Of a stretch of 64,000 nt of DNA, positions 60,401 through 64,000 are shown piece after piece (position 1 is the stretch's first letter; each line of letters opens with the position of its first letter). The notes beneath the pieces were generated by a model, which saw nothing but the letters and a program-made list of their open reading frames with translations, was not told the origin of the DNA and made no database searches. Position numbers and translations under genes: made by a program. The stretch comes from an uncultured Elusimicrobia bacterium (GTDB lineage Bacteria > Elusimicrobiota > Elusimicrobia > UBA1565 > UBA9628): positions 1 through 64,000 of the forward strand of contig CAZEAE010000001.1 in NCBI GenBank assembly GCA_964510095.1, in the 5' to 3' direction.

Positions 60401-63400
60401 GCAGACGTTGTAGTAGGAGTCGACCAGGTTGACCCCCGCCAGGAACGACGTCTGCGGCGAGGTCATCGCGAAGGGCGTGGGGATGCCGGTCTTGCCGAAG
60501 CCGGGCTCGGACGTCTCCCCCGGCAGAAGCACCTGCAGAGCCACCGCGGAGGAAGCATAGACCTTGAACTGGGGGCTCGTCGCGGCCTGCGCGTGGCAGG
60601 TGTTGGTGGTCGGCGGGCTGTCCTGGCAGATCGGGTCGTTGACGAAAAGGCTGGCCGAGATGACCGCCGACGTCGTCTTGCGCAGGAGCTTGAAGTCGGT
60701 GATCGCCAGGGTCCCGGCCGCGCTCAGCGCGACGTCGGTGAAGCTCGGCGCGTAGGGATCGTTGCTCGTCACGTTGATGCCCGGGCAGCCCGGCGAGCAG
60801 GTCGGCGCGGCCAAGTTCATGAAGCGGTCCACGAAGTTGACCGTCACCGTGAAGGTCGAGCCCGCCGTGCCCGTCGAGATCGAACCGGTCAGGCCCCCGT
60901 AAGGCGGGCCGCTCAGGTAGTTGCCCGAGCCCGGTTGGGCGGTCTGTCCGGGCAGGAGCATCTGCAGGCCCACCGGCTCGGCGGCGGCCACCGTGAAAGT
61001 CGATGAAAGGATGTCGTCGAACAAGCCGGTGGCGTTGAAGTCCAAAGCCTGCAGGAAGTGGTCCGTCGCCGCCCGCCGCAGCACCGCCGTGAAGGCCGGC
61101 GTGAAGCCCAACGATGTGTCGATAGCCACCGTCGTGATCGACGCGGCGAAGGCGTCGGTGAACGCGACGAGCTTGACCTCGGCCACGCACTTCGGGTTGG
61201 CGGGGCAGTCCTTGACCAGGTTGAAGAAGTCGTCGACGACGCCCACGCGCAGGTCGGGCACGATGCCCGAGCCCACCTGGCTGCCCAGCGCCGTGCCGGC
61301 CTTCTGCGAGACGGCGACCCCGGACTTGCCGGTGGGCGAGCCCTGGCTGAAATCCTCGCCGGGGAGCTTGACCAGCAAGCGCGTCGGCAGGCCGGCGGCG
61401 ATGGTGATCACGCTGCTGGTGTCCTTGGTCACGGCGTAGACCCAAGGGGAGACGATGCCGGGATTGACCGTCTCGGCGAAGAACTTCGACGTGCCGGCCC
61501 GCTTCATGTAGACGGTGTAGGTCGCAGACGTCGTGACGACCTGCGTCGTGGGCACGATGACGGCGAAGGGGTCGTCGGAGGTCAGGCGGATCTCCTGGCT
61601 CGCCCCGGGCGTGAGGTTGAAGTAGGAGTCGGCGATGTCGACGATGACGGGGAAGGAGAACACGGGCCCGGCCTGGGTATTGAAAGCCGCGCCGGTGCGG
61701 CCGGTGGTCGTGACGACGGACCCGGGGCTGCGGGTCTCCGTCGGCAGCAGCACGCGCAGATGGTTCGGGCTGCCGGGCACCAGCGGGAAGACCTTGGCCG
61801 GAGACGCCGTCAGGTTGGGCGCCGAGCCGTCGAGGTCGGTGGCCGTCAGCGTGGGGAACCCGGCGGAGATCAGGTTGACGTTCTTGATGGTGGCGCTGCC
61901 GTTGGCCATGGCGAAGCTGCCGACCAAGCCCACCGGCGGCCCGAGCAAGGTCGCGTCGCTGGAAACGACGCGGATGGCGGTCTGGCTCACGGTGGGCACC
62001 CAGTTGTACTGGCTGTCGACGGCGTAGGCGCCGGCGTCGAACAAAACGCCCGCGGTCTGCGTCGAGGCGTTGCCGCTGACGCCCTGGGGGGCCGTCGTCT
62101 TGCCGGCCACCAGGGTTTCCCCCGGCATCACGGTCAAGAGCTTGACCGGGGCGCCCGGCACGACCGAGATGCTCGCCGTGGTCTGCGAAGCCAGCGGGGG
62201 CCCGATGATATCGCTGTCGGTGACGGTCACCGTCAGGTTCGCCGTCGCCGCGCTGACGATGAAGCCTCCGAAGTCCCTAGTGCCGGCCGACAAGATGGCC
62301 GGCGCCGGCATCGTCGCGTAGATGTCGTTGCTCGTCAGCGCCACGTTGCGTCCGTCGTTCGCCAGGTTGTTATAAAGGTCGACGGCGTTGACCGTGACGG
62401 TGTACGGGGTGCCCGCCACCAGCGGGCCCGGGGTCGCCGCGGTCTTGCCGGTGGGGCTGCCCTCCAAGGCCGTCTCGGGAGGCACCAGCAGCTGCAGGCC
62501 GATGGCGCTGTTCGGGCCGACGGCGATGCCTGCGACCGTGTCCGAATAGAAGGTCGTGCCCGCCAAGGCGTTGACGACCTTGACCTGGAAGGAGCCGTTG
62601 CGCGTGACCGGGATGACGCTGAAGTTCGTCGTGCCGGCGACCAAGGCCTTCTGATACAGAGCCGGCGCCAGGCCCCGCAGCTGGATGTTCGTGTCGTTGG
62701 GGAAGCGCATCTCGATGGCCGCCGTATAAGAGGAGACCGGCAGGACGGTCTGGGGCAGGAACGGCGTCGTGCCTTTGACGACGTTGAAGTAGCGGTCGAC
62801 CAGGTTGACCGTGATCTGCGTCGTCACGCCTGCCGTCAGCGCCGACGGCAGGTCCGCGGCGCGGCCGCCCGTGGTGGGGTCCTGGTCGTAGGGCTGGGCG
62901 CCGGGGGAGGCCTTCTGCCCGGCGGCCAGCACCTGGAGCTTCTCGGGCCGCGACCACCAGACCGTCACCGGGTTGGGGGTGATATAGGTCGAGGTCAAAG
63001 CCGGCAGGCTGGCGCTCTGCACGATGACGTTGTGCGTCGACGCCGTCACCGGGACGAAGAAGAAGCGAGTCGTGCCGCCGACCAGGTTGAGCGCGGCGGG
63101 GTTGACGTCGTTGGGGTCCGAGAAGACGTTGCCCGTGACGAGCATGCCGGCGGAGGTGTCGGTGTTATAGTACTGGTCGACGCCGACGACGGTGACCGTC
63201 GTGATGGACCCGGCCTGGAAATCCATCGCGGCCGGCGTCGTCTTGCCCGCGGGCGCGGCGGTCTTGCCCTGCACGCGCGTCTCACCGGGGAACAGGGCCA
63301 GCAGACGGTCGGCCGGCTGGCCGGTCACGGTGATCACGGAGGACGGGTTGGATTCGTTCAAGGCATAGTTGTCGACCTGGGCCTTGCGCGCCCCGTCGAC

Positions 63401-63994
63401 GCTGGCGGAGACCAGCGTGCAGGTGACCGTGGTGGAGCCCGTGAAGACCACCGGGTTGACCGGGGCGCAGGCCGCGTTGTTGGGATCGGTGTCCGAGACC
63501 GTCACGCTGGCCGCCGACGACAGCGAGAGGTTCCAATAGTGGTCGACGACCTGGACGAGATAGGTGACCGGGCTGCCGGCCAGCTTCGAGCGCGGCGTGC
63601 CCGTGCGGCCCTCGAAGCCCGAAGGCGCCATCTTGCCCGGCGCGGGCTGCTCGCCGGCCGGGTCGTAGTCGGCGATCAGCTGGATCTTCTCGGCGCCGGC
63701 GGGCTGGACCGTGACGTTGAGCGTGCCGGCGGGCGACTGCGTGACGTTCTCCTCGACGCGCAGCGTGCGCGCGCCGGCCTTGCGCAGGCGGATCGGGAAG
63801 GTCTTGATGCCGTTGTTGCCGCCGGCGCCGACCGTGAAGGAGTACTGCTGAGGCAGGCCGGTCAGGTCGTCGGGGACGCCGTCGTTGTCCATGACCTCCG
63901 GGCCGCCCGGCACGCCGTCGACGTAGAAATTGACGGTCTTGTCATAGGCGGTGGCGCGCGCGCCGCCGCCGTTGGCGCCGTCCTTGGCTTCCAC
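48437..63994 (-). CDS. Giant surface/adhesin-like protein (>5185 aa, N-terminus beyond window end) with C-terminal T9SS-type (Por/FlgD-Ig-like) sorting domain
   Basis: Continuous minus-strand ORF to the window edge; C-terminal ~90 aa NYPNPFD..TTITYTL..DSDVTITIYDLMGYIVKTI...GPNFVLWDGKNGAGMFVSKGGYIARIKV matches the Por secretion/FlgD Ig-like C-terminal domain; FN3-like domain just before it; Ca-binding DxDxDG loops (DINGDGIPDN, DMDLNADGIVDM); Thr/Ser/Val/Gly-rich beta-rich composition. Confidence 0.85.
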   Translation of the reverse strand: MEAKDGANGGGARATAYDKTVNFYVDGVPGGPEVMDNDGVPDDLTGLPQQYSFTVGAGGNNGIKTFPIRLRKAGARTLRVEENVTQSPAGTLNVTVQPAGAEKIQLIADYDPAGEQPAPGKMAPSGFEGRTGTPRSKLAGSPVTYLVQVVDHYWNLSLSSAASVTVSDTDPNNAACAPVNPVVFTGSTTVTCTLVSASVDGARKAQVDNYALNESNPSSVITVTGQPADRLLALFPGETRVQGKTAAPAGKTTPAAMDFQAGSITTVTVVGVDQYYNTDTSAGMLVTGNVFSDPNDVNPAALNLVGGTTRFFFVPVTASTHNVIVQSASLPALTSTYITPNPVTVWWSRPEKLQVLAAGQKASPGAQPYDQDPTTGGRAADLPSALTAGVTTQITVNLVDRYFNVVKGTTPFLPQTVLPVSSYTAAIEMRFPNDTNIQLRGLAPALYQKALVAGTTNFSVIPVTRNGSFQVKVVNALAGTTFYSDTVAGIAVGPNSAIGLQLLVPPETALEGSPTGKTAATPGPLVAGTPYTVTVNAVDLYNNLANDGRNVALTSNDIYATMPAPAILSAGTRDFGGFIVSAATANLTVTVTDSDIIGPPLASQTTASISVVPGAPVKLLTVMPGETLVAGKTTAPQGVSGNASTQTAGVLFDAGAYAVDSQYNWVPTVSQTAIRVVSSDATLLGPPVGLVGSFAMANGSATIKNVNLISAGFPTLTATDLDGSAPNLTASPAKVFPLVPGSPNHLRVLLPTETRSPGSVVTTTGRTGAAFNTQAGPVFSFPVIVDIADSYFNLTPGASQEIRLTSDDPFAVIVPTTQVVTTSATYTVYMKRAGTSKFFAETVNPGIVSPWVYAVTKDTSSVITIAAGLPTRLLVKLPGEDFSQGSPTGKSGVAVSQKAGTALGSQVGSGIVPDLRVGVVDDFFNLVKDCPANPKCVAEVKLVAFTDAFAASITTVAIDTSLGFTPAFTAVLRRAATDHFLQALDFNATGLFDDILSSTFTVAAAEPVGLQMLLPGQTAQPGSGNYLSGPPYGGLTGSISTGTAGSTFTVTVNFVDRFMNLAAPTCSPGCPGINVTSNDPYAPSFTDVALSAAGTLAITDFKLLRKTTSAVISASLFVNDPICQDSPPTTNTCHAQAATSPQFKVYASSAVALQVLLPGETSEPGFGKTGIPTPFAMTSPQTSFLAGVNLVDSYYNVCTDIGVGNPLQDTNPPAVMPAVYITLPGDPFATPPASQSLFLGKRSFSVTPRAAISTYTIVASTGLAPVVDYRSGTSAPLWVLPGPLHHFRLYNVAASTTAGSFITVDLSALDQFDNILSTGPNAYRGTVQFLAEMFGGNQDPEFTPTSVAFSSVTDQGVKNLINMVKLKKVGSRWIEAYDSVLQGITSSVAPAVKPFVVISPAAPDSVKVTPSADQLISAGSLVPNNPGMIQFSGQLTDAFDNPITNSQAVQVQRVAVTGAPGQLAWDTGAGWLLVGGSTQVVTDAAGKVGLGTLLSYFVGTKASSDTARVWIGTISAPTDPTALQGYINAAKNISGAFVTVGGLPTRLLFISTPTAATAGINEVAAAGGAYVIERHDDFDNITRQGDTSVLLKVAQTAVHTARGYALGVFGNTGDYGFRDSGNNNFITGYTIFDGFTGAETTFRYHDRFSSYSGVSPSSNTAESGRPGRWTIQGWIGGTLLASHDLRMDPNITNKVNFANAQNSEVAGKIVDFANAPAVFRAQLQDQFNNPTVATQTYVVTLTTITRQSTLLNDFVGFSSAPYVSPGSRFGAPFFTYSTKTLTVPLDAYQATFYYMDTTASTQYAAGGGTKPVINISVPGLFPASQSVTVIADVIDRIAFSTGSGQTLLAGATSQAFSLETRDFYGNPSPLRPGQDLGEGVVAFRLDTNSSGNVRFSTPATGNFMTAPVNAYISVGQSATSFYMIDTLLSNPTFQLTVTGVTYPVWDPGVSSYSVTAGPPAQIGWGTPSRRLIAGTTIEYNLGVPTGTVVAARLMDQFGNTTTSTETYIIRYNSSRNSTYAGIDPTAVIVGTAPSAAWNNITPGTQIDIDIPGGSGLSQAPFYFWDTIAGTVTISARAQLNSAFVFTTIFQDETITSAKATYLTIHHQFSEGNPLKVTQPGTLTRLIGADQVGITARDLFGNIAKGDPVNGQYYTSQVNFQSSGSTATVSLRDTIANTTYHIFTPAEQGSFNNMRLVDLVQEVLKIGVTDYSNMAMTGFTNDVGRIGLPADPSKRSDGDVNLAGVVVTPSDFSPESTPPPDGPIPPVKVAFGVTKKVLNQGDGNVASSPDPIPMLRMAMQVTPGAPSPALPAQLSQMRINSRVEGNLNNSHITEVAIYRDNPTTPNGRFDAAVDVFLASGAYSAADGAWFFGNPFFGQERIEQAKPTESTLGQLPSFFFITVRVSSSGYAVGELPASFGLELTNPSYITLSTGSAVAVGLNNFGVRTATSSVQREPAAINVKGTDINAFWQPPALSLSTYSYINQGEANVGIMKFDMWTDVFTAVLSRLRITHTGSGLDRHIKLVKLFQDTQANQSPPGNGVFEFSIDKLVASASFPEGEERTVTLAIANPSGSNGTIGASTRTYFVAYDFDAAAESGQTHGAIVTQSDVIPLLGNGTVNSFSPVASTQTIIIATPDLVKLSDVNRQGLDANLDPIDAIPSKISQNDKNKPVAKLTMKVDTGSAEWTGVKLDRWMASTLNSGTGLYDPLFALNNKAADVTNIRIWRDMDGNGLLNVSSDTQVSPFNATIHNFPQTTLRDPLSSVGVSSLTPVSIAVNSILSLYPADNPFSGDPQQRLVLGDDTADETKKEVVRCYSVDLASNTYNDCYRAQEGTIGLDFATGTVLSGSARIPVVGLIGGGGQILTTEKQDYFIAYDIDAFASVSPAANLGMIIANTTYLQVKAPKSMSTLNIGIPAVNGGRTVSFISNVAEVKDLVRVISSDTIDGSLGPFVQQLSTVAVGVFTLDTDIADSGWRWMLFYATGTAAAQGSMAGDVDMVSLWYDASGDAIFNPASGDVLVGTGTFGNYSGLPLVAQVNLYPKRKIVTAAGASQPQRYFVAYHMSPTALPVDPVTAKPRTVGVQILNTSLPTLSSVTDDPLQNSLTLPNVFNPASPVPFVSKLRAIIASPQILYVRSTPMFSNSSGTFPAPLLDPAGASVSSQPVGAVDSFWVLSSTQGLPIPLVGATTYAMIDGEIISYTGFHPTLPLLQNVRRGELNSIPTAHSTGTVIGPQIAQGERNLAMMKLELWSGNFQIQLSGLKLNRTLPAGLNGEDSDVDVVTIYKSATPDGVFHRDPDTGFNLSDYVMGSNRFGVPPDTDGRTTIPIDDPTLGRPGYALITSSTKTYYVALDVSPSAKFSHITLTPPNEVFGAAVTDGAKFLLTPANAGHVTIFQAPVAAPTYVVTPTLNTIRAEFDQISGNSALQNDINVPMVRLRLSTDRNSAIVQKLRLDRMGANGLDSDVKLMKVWRDANSNGVFDAVDSTRTGAGLTPNLLSFGNETYSSGTVNITLRQPILVSTVPADYFVTYDISEFAAENAQTGVQIAGPAYFTIQVPNVVIFTTPTFQSNPLVTVKKVISQVTLGVNNVASEIPGVTQAQTNVPFLRFNMATNIALAPWRALRLERGGGSQDPAKPLGRNTDVKFIRIFKDINQDDVLGLEDVDISQVNTSLAVAVSITSAPPFGMVVVSTAGFPTDTDGSAIGGRVFVHGAELMTFAAGGCSDPATPTLSRNTGLPCLWITSRGDRLGTSPTPTLDIPVGRNVKKVDVYDQTNDANVQSLITLKNDQFIGPSAQAFFVAYDIGDAAIQNDLVSLVIRDPSWIVMPRGDNVQPSVRTGVTRSNTLGTGTTSYPFVGTNIAINPINLAVAGFTIAPAGAGQGAQNVPILQMTMKVNSDFVNVSKIRFAQLGTMDVGVSTKVGDGDFSKVSAWLDNGDKVFTPTTDVLLGSVTWSAGGAFSDGVAVVSLAQNGIPYLRVSTATSLVYVTADIGFFDEVPQSTLDHTAGLKLVAFTDLLGSDGAPVAAAPDPVIRPPFESRLVSIAPLTLPAVSISSSGIPIILTRAGLNVSSVTVGYPAYAQVDAVNCNNGRAAGNPRNNICRDSNNNPKADASKWLCADGRAWSAFCPTKPPLIDVNGDGVPDNFSILGSTMATRVTLVGDGSPSRDMTNTGVYDMDMNGDGIVDMVFSNGFGGLQIMLGNDVTDQGNAAKATPVPDQGFSPSAMTDKSGQLAMLLPAVAVSGHFEVAVGAFYDAPLTYSINWSSVTAPDITGLTAEAFSSLSAGSPMTAARVTGLDLPVPNITRLATALTPDATTFFVDDASKLNLPGIIYVGSEVLRAERLSSTLLRVVGQELDPPPGTGRGLRGSAPIVHMAGEPVSDSAAIFFARYVPISGNPSAARAMAVFRVAPGAPVVDLSVSGANIAPVGAAQGQRNVPLLKIDLQTNLSTVLISRMRLTQQGTIISTTTGLVDATGLGDGDLGRISIWLDKGDGVVTPSTDTPNTDVLLGTGAFAGGSLVVNLTEQANPYLMVGVAPVTLLVSADMPVIGSTDAASQSTLGHKIGVLLGAFADLIGPNGAPLTAAANSSKRPPLASGLVTIELVGVPEVSISSQQIASPVIMTRAQAGVPGIAVGFPAFAKVRPSGCAGAAVSNPRKNICRDAANNPIPDQSKWICIDGSSWTANCITQGPLIDINGDGIPDNFKIGESTRATQVSLAGDGNPSRDLTGTGVLDMDLNADGIVDMIMDNGFGGFRILLGNDLTDQGNPAKGTEMPSQGFVPSAWSGKSGQLSASLPVISTAGYYEVSVGAFYDSQSSYSNSWSSVTLISAAGLSAQSFGALAAGAPVTTAKIPNLSLPVPNVIRLTVSLTPDATMLIVDDANKLNLPGIVYVGSEIIRVEKVDKTTLRTVAQDGDPAPGNGRGLHGSVAITHLTGEPVSDSAAIIFARFVPAGAAASAAKPVLMFRPDTTAPSVPGAAQPLEQGKPVYGLRWAASLQANSGVAAYEVQERGGEAKDLSAQVIWRTLGMVNGKQATYGVGDPAFPGEGPRPPGQYFSYRVRALSAAGVFSPWSPLATSVNTGVNSVIVAGVSNYPNPFDTRKGGPAGKTTITYTLGADSDVTITIYDLMGYIVKTISITPGGEGGRSGPNFVLWDGKNGAGMFVSKGGYIARIKVKSPGGSSTVIRKIGVIH
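49223..52571 (-). repeat. Intragenic tandem duplication: 2 x 1674 nt (2 x 558 aa, ~60-65% aa identity) within the giant gene
   Basis: Two successive units each ending ...GEPVSDSAAI(F/I)FAR(Y/F)VP and containing the same Cys6 region (V.C.....C....C...C..C) and DxDxDG loops; mirrored by near-duplicate spurious plus-strand ORFs 49347 and 51018 (offset 1671 nt). Boundaries are approximate (+/-100 nt). Confidence 0.8.
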
Positions 63995-64000
63995 GGTGAG

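Noticed and set aside
50327-61006. Very long plus-strand ORFs (1720 aa, 1097 aa, 648 aa, etc.) antisense to the giant gene
   Set aside because: Arg/Gly/Asp/His-rich low-complexity translations typical of the reverse frame of GC3-rich genes. Stop codons are rare on the antisense strand of a ~68% GC sequence. The sense frame has coherent domain and repeat structure.
1-64000. tRNA, rRNA and CRISPR arrays
   Set aside because: No rRNA-like conserved stretches, no regularly spaced short direct repeats, and the few intergenic spacers >100 bp contain no obvious cloverleaf-forming sequence. A tRNAscan/Infernal run would be needed to be certain.

Overview
High-GC (roughly 65-68%) bacterial chromosomal segment, densely coding, with no rRNA, tRNA or CRISPR detected by eye. 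Left part (0.1-9.5 kb): a phosphate/polyphosphate locus with a PhoR-like histidine kinase, a DUF47/PhoU-like protein, a PiT phosphate transporter, polyphosphate kinase 1 preceded by a near-consensus Pho box, a flotillin-like repeat protein, a TlpA-like redoxin and a CYTH/VTC-like triphosphate-tunnel protein. Middle part (11-26 kb): a plus-strand cluster of signal-peptide proteins of unknown function. It includes three pairs of paralogs that share near-identical 5' modules at the DNA level but have unrelated C-terminal domains, a recombined upstream non-coding element, a gene-start remnant, a secreted FGE/SUMF1-domain protein, a secreted PHP-domain phosphoesterase, an orphan receiver, an HTH regulator, an HExxH protein and SixA. 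This is the most unusual region; it has local GC dips and may be an undescribed diversifying secreted-protein system. Right part (30.7-47.5 kb): a 17-kb co-directional minus-strand gene train with ATGA-type overlaps. It holds a complete histidine-utilisation pathway (hutH, hutU, hutI, glutamate formimidoyltransferase-cyclodeaminase) interleaved with thiolase, YajQ, MgtE, a HAD hydrolase, an aldehyde dehydrogenase, a low-GC HEPN/MNT toxin-antitoxin pair, a methyltransferase, a DUF3307-like membrane protein, a CHASE2 adenylate cyclase and a HEAT-repeat protein. pckG (GTP PEPCK) and a B12-binding radical SAM enzyme sit divergently at 27.5-30.8 kb. At 47.5-48.4 kb, a low-GC HUH/Y1 (RAYT / IS200-like) transposase gene is flanked by perfect 31-bp inverted repeats; a diverged solo copy of that repeat lies at 32.3 kb. 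From 48.4 kb to the window end runs a giant (more than 5185 aa, 5'-truncated by the window) minus-strand surface protein. It has a T9SS/FlgD-Ig-like C-terminal domain, an FN3 domain, Ca-binding DxDxDG loops, a recurring novel ~200-aa module and a 2 x 1674-nt intragenic tandem duplication. The many long ORFs antisense to real genes are GC-driven artefacts.
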